A stretch of 62,981 nucleotides of DNA, the filler included, from Dugesia japonica (lineage: Eukaryota), in NCBI GenBank assembly GCA_001938525.1. It is 6 parts of 6 records of this genome, joined end to end, with 100 filler letters (N's around TTAATTAATTAA, not from the genome) between each part and the next. Parts side by side here need not be neighbours in the genome. Positions count along the whole stretch, not along the records: positions 32,700 to 44,287 come from MQRL01598214.1; positions 44,388 to 54,633 come from MQRL01608712.1; 4 more parts are not named here. One strand, 5' to 3'. Of the stretch, positions 39,326 through 52,657 are shown one piece after another. The notes beneath the pieces are model-generated. The model did no database searches. It saw nothing but the letters and a program-made list of their open reading frames with translations, and was not told where the DNA came from. Numbering within the stretch: position 1 is the first letter of the stretch; each line of letters begins with the position of its first letter. The position numbers and the translations under genes were made by a program.

Positions 39326-40383
39326 NNNNNNNNNNNNNNNNNNNNNNNNNNNNNNNNNNNNNNNNNNNNNNNNNNTATGATTATGATTATTATTATTAAA
39401 TACACTTTGAAGTAGGTTGCAAACGAAAAGATGATTTACCAAAGACTCCCGAAGACCAAAAACAATCAAAAAAGCCTAGATTGGTGTTCACAGATATTCA
39501 AAGAAGAACATTACACGCTATTTTCAAGGAAACAAAGCGACCAAGTAAAGAAATGCAGACTACAATTGCACAACAATTAAATCTTGATGTGTCGACTGTT
39601 GCCAATTTTTTTATGAATGCTCGTCGAAGATCCGTTGATAAATGGCAAGAAGATATTACAGGTGATGGTACAGATTCTATACTTGATAATAACAATTCAG
39701 AATCTATTTATGATGTAAGTGGTAGTCCACAAACAGATCATTTGTTGAGTAACTATTCTATTTTAAATAGCAAACATGAATTGTTAGATCCTGTTGATAA
39801 ATCTATTTTAAATGACAATTGTTTTTTGAATTCACCAACAAATTTTTATGATCACAAATCTCTTCAAGATCTCAGTGGAAATGAATCTATCCAATCAGTT
39901 GCTAAACGTCAGAAGATAAAGGGTACAGACAACACATTACTACTGTCAGCAGTTAATGAAACTAAATCCATTGTGGATTCTGTCATCTCAGATGCCTTGT
40001 CGGATTCTGTTACCAATTCATCGATGATTAATACTTTGCCTTTTAGTAGTAATAATAGTAGTAATTCAACCAGCCAATCAGATGTAAATCACACTAATAC
40101 CGATCTTTATCATTATCAGCAGAAAACTTCCAATTCTCATTTGTCAGATGATGACGAGGATGACGATGTCGGTACAGAAATCAGAGACGACAATGATGGA
40201 AATGATTCACTTCAGCCAGTTGATGAGATGCTCACAGATCTGACAAACAATTCCGTAACGGAATTTTTCGATTCCACCAATCCACGAACTCCATCATTTG
40301 ATGATGTCTATGAAGATGTCGATGAAACAGAATTAGATGTGTCGACATCGCATTTTTCTAAATCTTGTAACAACAAACTTTAG
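35713..40383 (+). CDS. onecut: Onecut (HNF-6 family) CUT-homeobox transcription factor; exons 35713-35932 and 39416-40383, 5' exons not seen
   Basis: CUT domain ELKRYSIPQAVFAQRVLCRSQGTLSDLLRNPKPWSKLKSGRETFRRM; phase-1 splice to SCKRK...KKPRLVFTDIQRRTLHAIFKETKRPSKEMQ..NFFMNARRRS (F48/M50 Onecut signature). Confidence 0.97.
36410..36795 (+). repeat. AT-rich dispersed repeat with internal inverted ATTGGTGATCAT/ATGATCACCAAT and a 3' hairpin
   Basis: Homologous to 9240-9646 and, at its 3' end, to 21495-21550 (TTTGTTTGA.T.AACAAAT). Confidence 0.6.
37797..38035 (+). repeat. 31-bp-period minisatellite with conserved core GAAATTGCATAGAAGTC
   Basis: Cores at ~37797, 37828, 37859, 37890, 37953, 37984 and 38015; one slot degenerate. 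Confidence 0.85.
39287..39398. repeat. (ATT)n microsatellite spanning a gap
   Basis: Direct reading. Confidence 0.9.
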
Positions 40384-42219
40384 GAATTTTATCATTTCTT
40401 TGGTATTTTTTAAGAAAACTGATATGTGCCTCTAACTTGTTTATGTTGCCGAATTTTATGTACAGAGAAAAATTATTCAACTGTTTGTCTGTACCTGAAT
40501 GTCGTTTTTTTTAATTTTAAGCTGTGTGTAAATTATTATTTAAATGGTGCTGTGCTTTATTGTTATTTGAACAACTAGTGTTGCATGACAAATATTTATA
40601 CACAACCACATGAAACATTTAGTTGACAATCTTATTTTGCTGCTTATATTTTTCAACAATTTTTTTTGTAATAATTCAGAAATATTTGCAGATTTTATTG
40701 AAGAAATTCTATATATAATTTCTGGTTATAGTGACAAGCCACTTTACTTAACACACTCGTCCATTCACTCACTTCTATCTATCTCTGTCTTTTTTTCTAT
40801 CTGTCATTTGTTGGTTTTAGTTTTAATTTTATTTGAAATAATGTTTTGTTATTCTTTTGAAAACAAAAATTTAATTATATGATGATAATATATTAAATTT
40901 TATCATTTCATTTATAAATATTGTGATATTTGTGGTCGTTTTTTTTGGATTTGTTGAAAGATCTCATTGTTTCGAGCGCATGCAGTTTATATAATTCAAT
41001 CATCGTGGTTAGATGATAATTTATGTATATTGTTCAGACTTTGATATGAATATTTAAATACATTTGTTATTTATTGTAATTCGGCTTTTAAGAAATGTAT
41101 TTATTTGTCTAAAAATCTTTAGTTAATATGTACAAAGAAACTATTAAAAATTATCCAATTAGTGAATTACAATATAATAAAATTTTATTGAGGTTGATTT
41201 AATTTAAAATGGTTGTGAAATTTGATCCGTCATTTTAATTATTATTAACACATTAATTTAATTTGTAAAAAGGAATTTATAAACTTAAAAATTCTTGATC
41301 AAGGAAAAATTTGATTCCAGTATTGTTTTGTTTCGTGCATGGTTTATTTTACTGGACAATAGTAGGTCATTTAAATTAAAGAGCTACAGATTTAAAAATC
41401 TAGTTTTTAAAAATAATAAATTCTACCAAATAAGAAATAAAAAGGCAACTCAACACAGATACAAGTGTTTATTGACTTTTAGAGATTTAGGTTAAATATA
41501 AGGATAAATAGTATGAATTATTACTACAAGATAACGAGAAATCTTCGTTAGAATTTGACAATAGTAAGAAGCATCTATCTTTAGAATTTACAATTTAGTA
41601 AGCATTTTTTGGCTAATAAAATTTGTTTTAAGTACTGAACTTTAATTTTATTTTGTAAAAAGGTAAACAAAATATAATTTATTTACATAATTCGACATTA
41701 CAAAAACAATACTATTTAAGTAATTAAATTCAACAACTTCTTTAGTTAAACCGTGTTGTTTGTTACCAAAAGTATAATAATTAAATATTTTCGCTGACCT
41801 TTAAAAATTTTCTTCGGACCATTAATGGTTCGTGGATCATGGGTTGAGAAACACTGCTCTACTGGACTTACTTTGAAACATTTTAATAGCGATATAAAGA
41901 AGATTAAGCATGTTTGTCTGATTTTAAATGAAAAAAAATGTTTACAAACAAGATCATACTTCGTGTGCAATGATTCTGGGAAAAATTTCTGGATCCTCAA
42001 TGAGAAATCCGTTGCTGATAATAATACCGGTATAAAAGCTTAACTAAACATCTTGTTTGAATTTTTGTATNNNNNNNNNNNNNNNNNNNNNNNNNNNNNN
42101 NAATACTGATCATTTTGCGTTTTTAATATTAGTGGAGATGATCTTTATTAGTTTTAGTTAAAGTATTCTATTCTAGTTTTAAATGTAAGAATAATTTGGG
42201 GTTTGATTTTAATTTTTTT

Positions 42220-43580
42220 GAACAAGGACTAAAACTGGTTATTGTCCAACGCCATGGATACGGGTAAAATGATGTAGAAAGCATTCGGTCATCAGTCACT
42301 ATCGAGAAAAATTGTATTCAAGTGGTATAAGCTCATCATAGAATGTTATAAATCAATCGAATATGCATATTATTCTGGTCATTCATCAACTTCAATAATT
42401 AAAAAAATGTAAAAAGAATTAAAAACAAAGTAATGAAAAATTGTCATTTGGCTATGAGAAAGCCTGCTAAAGATGTTGACATATTAACAGGTTCAGTAAT
42501 ATGTCAAGTAAACATAATTGTAACTGATGTTTTCGGCTTGAAGCGTTTGACAGCAAAACATATTCCAAAATCATTGAATGTTTTTTGTTGATATTTATTC
42601 CTAAAGATGTATTTCAAAGAGTGAATACTGATCTAACATTCATTTAAAGTATTATTAGAGTTTCCTGTTGTTTTATTAACATATCAAACTTGTAAAGTGA
42701 ATTGCGTGCTTCAAATGAAGCAACAATAAAAAGTTTCGTTAAACTCAATCTGAAACCTCTGTTTTTGGATTATCAAGATATGATGCATCATATAATTTCT
42801 GGAATAATGTAAAACAGCTAATAAAGAGTATTACTTAAAAGCTGTGAGTGAAGTCATTCGTTAAAAAAACCGGATTTATGGGCAAAAANNNNNNNNNNNN
42901 NNNNNNNNNNNNNNNNNNNNNNNNNNNNNNNNNNNNNNATATTATTCTGGTCATTCATCAACTTCAATAATTAAAAAAATGTAAAAAGAATTAAAAACAA
43001 AGTAATGAAAAACTGTCATTTGGCTATGAGAAAGCCTGCTGAAGATGTTGACATATTAACAGGTTCAGTAATATGTCAAGTAAACATAATTGTAACTGAT
43101 GTTTTAGGCTTGAAGCGTTTGACAGCAAAACATATTCCAAAATCATTGAATGTTTTGAAAAACAACATTGTGTTGATATTTATTTCTAAAGATGTATTTC
43201 AAAGCGTGAATACTGATCTAACATTCATTTAAAGTATTATTACTGGAGATGAAACTAGAGTTTGCTGTTGTTTATTAACATATCAAACTCGTAAAGTGAA
43301 TTGCGTGCTTCAAATGAACCAAGAATAAAAAGTTTCGTTAAACTCAATCTAAAACATCTGTTTTTGGATTATCAAGATATGATGCATCATAGAATTTCTG
43401 GAATAATTTAAAACAGCTAATAAAGAGTATTACTTAAAAGCTGTGAGTGAAGTCATTTGTTAAAAAAACCGGATTTATGGGCAAAAAATTCATGCATTTG
43501 GCACCATGATAACTCACATGTTTACAATGCAATCATTCGTAAGTTTCTCGTCAAACATTCAACAAATATTGGTTTGCAAG
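42220..43580 (+). mobile_element. Decayed mariner-family element, partly duplicated across a gap
   Basis: DVLGLKRLTAKHIPKSL, SIITGDET and KKPDLWAKNSCIWHHDNS; 42367-42888 recurs at 42939-43488. Confidence 0.85.
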
Positions 43581-44287
43581 NNNNNNNNNNNNNNNNNNNN
43601 NNNNNNNNNNNNNNNNNNNNNNNNNNNNNNNNNNNNNNNNNNNNNNNNNNNNNNNNNNNNNNNNNNNNNNNNNNNNNNNNNNNNNNNNNNNNNNNNNNNN
43701 NNNNNNAATTCATAAAGTGAATCTTATTTTAAAACTGGTGTTATCTTAGTTTATATTTGGAATTTATAAAAAAATAAAATTTAATACCTTCGTTCTAAAT
43801 AATTCAATATAGCTCGTTAACTTTACGGTTGTCATAGTCTTACATCCTACTAACATATTATCAAAAATAATGTACTAGTAAGTCAAGACTCCTTTCAATT
43901 CGGTTGTATCAACCGTAAAGTCAAATTTACGGACAGTATGATGCATAACAAATACAGAAGTGATGCGTTTTATTTTTAGAGGACACTGTTCACTTAATAA
44001 TATATAAACATAAAATGAAAAGAAATTTTCTTCCGTCTACCGAGCAACATATTTTCAATTAAGATTTCATTTTTCAATTGGAATTGAGCAAAATTCTACT
44101 CAATTAAGATCGATAATATAGATGCCATATTACAACAAAAGATTTTTAAATTGGCCACCTAGACTCCAGAAATTGAACCTAAATCCAATGAAAAAATAAA
44201 TGGAAGATAATGAAGAAAAAATAACAAAACAAGCGGCTGAAATATAAGCCGAGATTAAAAGGAAATCTGTCGAAATATTTTGGTGAA

Positions 44288-44387
44288 NNNNNNNNNNNNN
44301 NNNNNNNNNNNNNNNNNNNNNNNNNNNNNNNTTAATTAATTAANNNNNNNNNNNNNNNNNNNNNNNNNNNNNNNNNNNNNNNNNNNN
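44288..44387. other. Artificial scaffold linker
   Basis: N44-TTAATTAATTAA-N44. Confidence 0.95.
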
Positions 44388-45230
44388 TATATAAATAACC
44401 AATAAGAATACTTTGAATAAATTTATTTTTGATGTATAAAAAATATAACTATAGTGTTACATCTATAAGCAAAAATTTAGAAACAAACTAGAGATGCCTT
44501 ACCAGAGAGGTCGGATTCTAGCTTAATCAAAAGTCACTACAAATTAGCCAAAACTGATCAGTATTTATACTGATTTTACATACGTAGGCTATACACACAT
44601 CAATGATCAAAACTAATAGATATATTTTTATAATAAAATAAACCGTTAAAACAAAATTAATTTTTCAGATAAATAAAATTATTATTTACAACATAAAACG
44701 TTTGAGATAAAATAAATGTTCAAAATAAAATTAATCACAAAATAAAAATACCTCATAATTAAAATAATTGTTTAAATATCATAGAGTTATTATTTACATC
44801 AAGGATAAATAAATCATTGTTTAAATATCATAGAGTTATTATTTACATTAAGGATTCTCATAAACAAGATAACAATAGAAAGTTCATCGATCTGATCTTG
44901 AGTTGGATTGCATTGAATGTTGAAATCGAATATTCATTTGACTCTTCCAGATGTTGATTCGAAATTGCTGTTTATATTATATTTATTTTTGCCTGCATGC
45001 TATGTTATGTATATATTCAGACCTCGAATGATGTCAATTTTCAAATCGAGATTTATATGCATCTTTATGATATTTTTAATAAATATTATTTAAACAAAAT
45101 CTTATTTAATAAATTTATTATAAATGTTTTAAATTTAAATAAAATAGAATATGCTACAAAACTGATAAGCAAAACAATTTCTTCCTTGGTTTTGGAAAAA
45201 CCTGTATATTAGCATCACAGTTAGTTAATA

Positions 45231-46240
45231 ATGACATCGAATAATTTTTATACACTTTTATCTAGTAATAACTGTCCTCATATTCATCCGGATAATAATT
45301 CTAGTAAATTCATTTTTGAGTTTCAAAATTCGATTTATAGGGATGGACAGTGGGGAGTAGCAGTGTTGGATTTACCTTTGTATATCAAACATTTCGATTA
45401 TATAACAAGTCTAAAATTCAATACATGTTTACAAAAAATAAATCATATGAAATAACTGTTACAATTCATCACAAAGAACAATACTTGAGTGTCAATGAAA
45501 ATGATAATGTTTATAAATCACATATGGAATATTTAACTTTTAATTGTGAATATCCATAAGTTGTCATATTTAAAAATGAAATAATTGCAAATACATTTAG
45601 ATTCAAATATAAGACTAACAAAATTTATCCTGAATATTATCGTATTAGGTATAAAATATTTAAAGAAGATTATCCAATAAAATATGTATAATTTAAAATA
45701 GAATATTCTTAAGTAANNNNNNNNNNNNNNNNNNNNNNNNNNNNNNNNNNNNNNNNNNNNNNNNNNNNNNNNNNNNNNNNNNNNNNNNNNNNNNNNNNNN
45801 NNNNNNNNNNNNNNNNNNNNNNNNNNNNNNNNNNNNNNNNNNNNNNNNNNNNNNNNNNNNNNNNNNNNNNNNNNNNNNNNNNNNNNNNNNNNNNNNNNNN
45901 NNNNNNNNNNNNNNNNNNAATTGAAGAATGGTGTATTACAAGGTATTAGAAATCCAAAAGTAATTAAGTTACGTCAACAAATGTTCATCTATAGTAGTAT
46001 TGTCGAGCCTATAATTGTAGGAGATGTTAAAGTTCCTCTTTTGAAATCTGTATTGATAGAAAAATATGAAACTGATGAAGTAGCACAAATAATAGTTGAT
46101 AATCCAATGTATTTACCAATTGCAACAACATTTTATAAAAAATATAGAGAGTAATATACGTGATGTTAATGGTAAATTAATCAGGTTTCCAAAAGATTCA
46201 AAAACACATTCAACTTTACATTTTAGAAAACCTAATGTCT
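45231..46240 (+). pseudogene. Polinton/adintovirus minor capsid (penton), disrupted
   Basis: N-terminus FYTLLSSNNCPHIHPDNNSSKFIFEFQNSIYRDGQWGVAV; C-terminus MFIYSSIVEPIIVGDVKVPLLKSV..NPMYLPI..IRDVNGKLIRF..TLHFRK. Confidence 0.8.
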
Positions 46241-46610
46241 AATTCCGATCTTATATCATTGTATATTAACAGCCAAGAAGGTAGAGAATTGCCTTAATTT
46301 GTAGGAAAACAGTATGGTTCCGACTGGTTGCGAACAATAGGTAGATTTGCGCTTATTATTTTTAAGCTTATTAGTTAATTTGGTATGAAAACTGCTCAAG
46401 ATGTAATAGCCAATAATGGAAAAATATTACCAACATTGAAATATAATGCATAGGCAGAACTTGATAATGTATTGTAATGTATCTTCGTTACCTAGTGAAG
46501 TAACTAATATGATAGCAAAAGTATCAAACATGTTACCATCCAGTATAATAAATAGAATTCCATCAGAAATAAGTAATATGATAACAAAGCAATCGCAAAA
46601 AAAATAATAA
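46235..46610 (+). pseudogene. Small conserved Polinton ORF between penton and hexon, disrupted
   Basis: LYINSQEGRELP*FVGKQYGSDWLRTIGRFAL fits the recalled Q.G..LP.F.G..Q.G.G pattern and the expected position. Confidence 0.55.
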
Positions 46611-46659
46611 AAACCGTAAAAAATCAAATGCATCACGAATGTGAGAACATGGAATAATT

Positions 46660-46975
46660 TTTGAAAATGATTTGCGGAAAAAAACTGAGTTGAATTTTTG
46701 ATAGTCCATCACCTCAAAGTGTTATTGAAAATTAATTCAATTTCTGAATCAGAAAGTGATGTAGAGTTTTGTATAAATGGATCACAAACTGAATATTTGG
46801 ATTTGAATGATGCTTTATTGTATATTAAAGTAAAGGTAGTTGATAAGACAGGCAAAGGTTTGACTGATAAACATAATGCAATTCCTAGTAACTATATGTT
46901 GCATATGCTTTCTAAGGATCTAACTCTTTCATTCAATAATTTCAAAATTGAAGGTGGAAATGGAATTCAAAAAGC
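46660..46975 (+). pseudogene. Polinton/adintovirus major capsid (hexon) N-terminal fragment
   Basis: DVEFCINGSQTEYLDLNDALLYIKVKVV..IPSNYMLHMLSKDLTLSFNN matches the MCP start pattern IEF.I.G..YIDL..LY..K..P.N..LHSLF..V.LN. Confidence 0.8.
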
Positions 46976-48059
46976 AATGTATTGGATGAAAATATTTATT
47001 TGCTTTTATTTATTTTTATTTAATTTTATTTAGAAAAATCTTCAAATACATTCGCTGAAGGTTTGATTGAATTTCATTTTAATTATATTATTTTGTCTGA
47101 GAATTGTTTATAGAATTACTTAGACTTCTTTATCCATGCCTTGAAGATGAAATACTTTATTGTGCACCAGAATTGATTTGGTGCAAAATAAAACGAATGG
47201 ACGGAATCGATATCGAAACGGTTATAAACTTATTCAATGAATATCATAACGAAGACATTGATTGTGAATATTGTTATGAAAAGAATAAAGATTTGAAGAG
47301 ATAATGTATCTACTCTGAGTCTAATAAAATACAATGTTAATAAATTTATGTTAAAGTTAATTTTGTTTGGTATTAAATAAATTTTAATTTAAGCAGACTT
47401 TATNTTTTCTTTATTATTGAATTAAATACTTTAAATAATAAAGATTTTCTGTTATACTTTTTATTTTTGCTGACTTAATTATGTCGAAACAAAACACTTT
47501 ATATACTATTTGTTAATGTAATCTATAGTTAGTTTTTAATTCTTTACAAAATTGTACAAAAATTAAATTTTAAAAAATTAAAAATGGCGACATTTATCCT
47601 CTTTTTAAAATTTCTTTGTTTAATATGTATGATTACGTCACTTGGTTTTTTTTCATACATCAATACAGAGCTAATACAGAGGTAGTCGTTCAAAATCAAG
47701 TTCCGTGAGATATCATGTTTTTTTTTTGAATCTGTGGTCAAAAAACTAAATTTCTTTATTTCCATTTTTTGGCAGGAAGACAGCATTTTAGAATAAAAGC
47801 TTATGAGACTTTCCTATCTTACTTTTTAATATCGTTGCGTGGCTTTACTTTGCGTGTCTAATAATACCTAATTTGTTTTTAAATGATGGAAATAACGCAC
47901 AGGAGAATCAAAGAAAATCGTGAAAACGTTTTGAAAATTGATTAAGTAATTAATTTAATTATTTTGTAATCGATAATGTAATCAGAAATAATTAAATTTT
48001 CTAACGTGATTTTAGTGGGAAAGGATGCTTATTAAGAATCGAGTTCATGATTCATATAT

Positions 48060-48447
48060 ACTATACTACATATACTAAAATTTTCGTCGTGATCGATTGT
48101 CATCAGGGGGTGGTTTCATGCTAACATACATTTTGTATGAACTGGAGCATTTTTCGGTACAAATACTTTAGGTGATGTATAGGTAGTTTTTAATTTTACG
48201 AAAAATGGCACAAATTTCCATGCGATATCTTTCAAAATGGCAATGTTTTTAAATTTAAATTTATTCGATGGTTCTACTCATAAACTTGGCAAAAAAAAAT
48301 TTTAATGACCTTAAAATTTAAAGAAAATCGAGAATAAAAATCAAAAATAAAAAATTGAAAAAAAAATCGCACGAAAAAACATTTTACCGACGGTTGGGGG
48401 GTAGGTGATTTCAAGCTGACATATCTCACTACTATATATAAACTACT
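48060..48447 (-). mobile_element. Putative Polinton terminal inverted repeat remnant
   Basis: Minus strand begins AGTAGT-TTATATAT-AGTAGT..AAATCACCTACCCCCCAACC; same scaffold as the penton/hexon remnants. Confidence 0.45.
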
Positions 48448-48826
48448 CTATAAACATAGGTAACATAAATGAAAGACAAAATTTTATTTAACTAGATTTC
48501 ATACTTTCGAATAAAAGCCAATAAATAGTATTAAATAAATTGTATATATTGAAACTAAAAGAATCATTTAAAGTTTAAAAATAGTTCGTCAATTTATATT
48601 CATCCTAAATTAGTAAATAATTAAGAAACATTAAAATAAAATTAATAGATTACCACAAGTGACAGCTTTTAGAACGGTTTTCATGTTTTTCTCTAGTCGA
48701 TCAAACGAATTTACAGTTAACACTTTATCATTCGACGAAATCGCTTTTAATTCATTTCTACAAAATGAATTACGTTAACTTTTATTGGTCTTATTCAAAT
48801 TAATTAATTTTAATGTAATTTTAATA

Positions 48827-49963
48827 TTGTTTGGAAAGTAATTTCGTTTTATTCAAGTGTACATTGTTTTTCTAGTTTAAGGCATTAAATATCATTTGAA
48901 ATTAATGATTTAACAATTGATATTTTTAGTGTGATCTTTTTAAGAATTTTTTTAATATAACGAACATTATTTTAGGTGACATATTGAAATGAAGGTTGGA
49001 AAATTGCATTATTTATTTATATATTATTGTTTATTACCAAAAAGATAAAAATGCAATTAAGTCGAGAAAGAAATTGGAAAACATCTATTGAAAGGATTCC
49101 CTTACAAAATACCGATTCCAAAACTGGTTCAAAACGTCCTGTAATTTCCGTATTGAAAACTTTCAGAAAGACTCATTGAAACTAATTAAGAGAAAATATA
49201 GGTATTGATTGAAACAAACCTTAAAATAAAGACACAAAATGTTGCTATGAGATTATATAATTCAAATTCAATAATTTATAATTACGTGAAATGGCATAGT
49301 TTTGTTTCAAAGCTCGACATATGGATACCTCACTTTCTAAAAGAACGAAATTTACTCTGTCAAATTGAAATTTGTGATTTGCTTCTGAAAAGTTAAGTAA
49401 ATGATTCATTTTTTAAGCGATTCATTACCGGTGAAAAAATAGAATGTTTACCATAATTCGAAGAGCAATCATGATGTAGAGAAGATATATATTTATTTCG
49501 AGCTTATATTATACAATTCAACAATTGAATCGAAAGTGTACTGCAATCAATTCGACAATTTTAATTACATTATAAAACAGAAAAGAATAGAATTGATTAA
49601 CAAAAAATGGTGTGATGTTCCACAAAGATAATGTCAGACCTAACATAAATTTGGACACTCGTCAGACATTGTTATAGCTTAGATAGGATATTTTAGTACA
49701 TATCAAATATCACCCAGATCTGACCACTTCCGACTATTACTTGTTTCGATCTTTAGACGGTAAAACATTTAGTTCTAATGAGATTTCCAAAATATCCTAG
49801 ATCAGTTTTTTGCAAGTAAATATCAGACCTTCTATTAAGGCGTCACTAATTAACATGTCACTACCAGAAAAATGGCAAAAGGTGTTTGATTTATATCAAA
49901 ATGCAAGTCAAATTGATTTTTATCTTTTATAAGAAAATTGAAATTATTTTTCCAAAAAACCAA
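48827..49963 (+). mobile_element. Near full-length decayed mariner element with TIRs and TA flanks
   Basis: TA-TTGTTTGGAAAGTAATTTC ... GAAATTATTTTTCCAAAAAACCAA-TA; VSKLDIWIPHFL (WVPHEL-like), FHKDNVRP and YHPDLTTSDYYLFRSL (YSPDL-like). Confidence 0.88.
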
Positions 49964-50923
49964 TATTAAAAACTTTAAGCCACTTTTTACAAGAACTATT
50001 GAAATTATTTGGTTGAAAACAAAGTTGCAATAAATCTTTTTGTGATAAAATACAATGAAATAAAGAGCACATCAGTCACCAATGTAATAATCGTTTTGCT
50101 GAATATTATGCTTTCACAGACAGTTTTAGGGCATTTATGTTTTTGTTTGATACGTTGATTGGTTGACTTTCAAAAATGTATAAGCTGACAGATTTCAATT
50201 CGATATCAGTTAAAAATGTTTTGCAATTAAGACAATTAGTACTTCAGAATAGATAATAATCCATTGGTGTTTGAAAGGAGAATAAATGAGAATAAAGAAA
50301 AACTTTCAACTCCAACTCCAGAAGTTTTTCACGGGTAAAGTATACAATGTGTTTGTCCGGCATGATCTTGAAAAAGCTTTTAATCAGATTGCATCCCAAC
50401 ATTTTTCAATGGATCATACCTTTCATATTCCAAAAATCACAAATTATTAACGGTAAACTTCTTAGACAGCGTGACAGAGGTAAGATGTGGATTAAATTAG
50501 ACACGTGCAGAAATGTAATTGTCAATAAATTATGCCGGACGTTTACTAGGCTTATGTGAAGCTTGAAATTTCACCTTGATTTTCATAAGTCTCTCAAATG
50601 CTAGTTACCAACCAAAAGTGCCTTTTCTTAAAGTTTTATCAATAAGGCGTTCGTATTACTCTGTCTTAAGACCGGATTTGAAATGATACATTAATAGAAT
50701 GCGTTAATCTACTCGTAAAAGACTGGATTTATTAGAAATTTTATTTACTCTAATTATCGCAGAAATATAAAGATTATTTAAACAAAATATTAATATATCT
50801 AATAACGTAATTATAGACATTAATAAATACAAAACAGTTAAATTCGTGAGGCAAATAAATTTTGTTCATTAACTTTGTTTATGTACTATATTAATCTATA
50901 TTTTAAAAAATATTATAAATTAC

Positions 50924-52657
50924 ATCTTAATATTTTGTCCAATACCTACGCAAATAATATTGGCTCCATCTCGTTTTAATTTGTTTGCAATGTCATCCGG
51001 TTTTGGGAAAACATTATTGAAGCCATCAGTTAATATTAATACATTAAATGGAACTCCAGATCTTTGTTGGGGTTTAATTTTTAATTGGACTTCCCGTAAT
51101 GCTAATCCTAAACCAGTAAGACCTCCTAATTTTTTTATGTGTGTTATTTTCGAAAGAATCACTAAACATTAATTAAAATAGGTTTAAATTAATAAAACAA
51201 AATAATCAAACCATCTCGACTGGTTATACTAAAACCGAATTCATACTTTACAACGTCAGAAAATTGTATCAAAGCAACTTGAGTACTCTGACCACTAATT
51301 TCGAATTTCTTTATCAAATTTTTAATGAATCCTTTCGCTAGTTCAAAGTCTCTATGTGAAATTGATCCGGATGAGTCAAGTAAAACAACTAAATCTTGTT
51401 GTTTTAAATGACATGGTTCATTTGGAATTGGATCTAGCAAATAATATTATGATTTCAAGTTTAAAANNNNNNNNNNNNNNNNNNNNNNNNNNNNNNNNNN
51501 NNNNNNNNNNNNNNNNNNNNNNNNAATTTCAAATAATTAAAATATAAAAATCAATATATTTCAATTTAATAAAACAATAATTAAAATTAAAACAAAATAA
51601 TTTACGGGTAACAAATTGAAATCCCGTTCATTTTTCGAAATTAATTTGTAATTTTACAAAAACCAATAGCATGTTTGTCATTTAAATTAAACAGTCAATT
51701 TCTTAAGTTTTTATCATCAAAATTTAGATAGGAGATTCTTTCAGTATAGAAGTTGACAAATTACGAGATTCACTGACTTAACCAGTAAAGGAGGAGCGGT
51801 ATGAGCTGTCCTATGGTAATGGTCTTTTATACTAACTGAAAAAATATTTTAACGGATTTCTGGGTAACAAGGAGAAAGGAATACCAACTAATCGCTGAAA
51901 AGGCAAGAAAATGTTTAATACTATTTAGTGAAATATACTTATGCAAAATTTTCTTCAATGCTGTATATAAATAATAATCTACAAAACAAAGTAAAATTTC
52001 TTCAAATACTTAAAAGCTGTGTTTAGATGGACAAACACATTGTTCACATTAAATTCATTTATTAGTTAATACATACACAAAGATTTAAATATATGTAATA
52101 AAAGATTAAATAAATGAAAAAATTATTAATAAACACATTTTTTGTTTGTTATGCGTATTGTCTTCTTTTTTATTCAAATTCTAAGGTTGAGGTTACTCTA
52201 ATTAAAGTAGCTAAGGAAGATTGGAAAAATAATGATAAAGTTTGGAAACCACTGGTGTAGAAGGTTTAGGTTAGTAGATCACATAAAATATCAGATAAAA
52301 TAAAACTTTAGAAAGTATGGAAATAATACAAAAGTAGATTGCTAGTTTTCAAAGGTTTGCGATAAAATGTATAATGATGGGTTACATAACGAAGATGTAT
52401 GAAAAATAATAAAAATAAATAATAAATTAATAAATTATTCCACAGAAAAATATATAAATAAATATTAAAATAAATAAGTTAATAATAATTAAACTAGTAT
52501 ATAATATATCTTTAAAATATAATTAATAGAAAATTATTAATTTTTACCTACAATTGCACAAACATGATGAACAATTTTCCTCATATTTTCCATTAAATTT
52601 GGAAAATTATTTACAGTGATTGCTAAATTCGGTGAAGCAATATTTGTCAATTCTTTC
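50924..52657 (-). CDS. Multi-VWA-domain protein (collagen VI/matrilin-like), partial; exons 52657-52548, 51433-51212, 51161-50924
   Basis: End of one VWA (KELTNIASPN..VNNFPNL..IVHHVC) is spliced in phase to a second VWA with MIDAS DLVVLLDSSGSI, QVALIQFS, VLILTDG and IICVGIG. Confidence 0.88.
51750..52254 (+). mobile_element. hAT/Charlie 3' remnant in a VWA-gene intron
   Basis: FWVTRRKEYQLIAEKARKCLILFSEIYLC; ends GTTTGGAAACCACTG. Confidence 0.65.

Noticed and set aside
42367-43488. Tandem duplications (also 11351-11956, 12123-12939, 53949-54441)
   Set aside because: Each pair flanks an N gap with few differences; most likely unmerged contig overlaps or haplotypes
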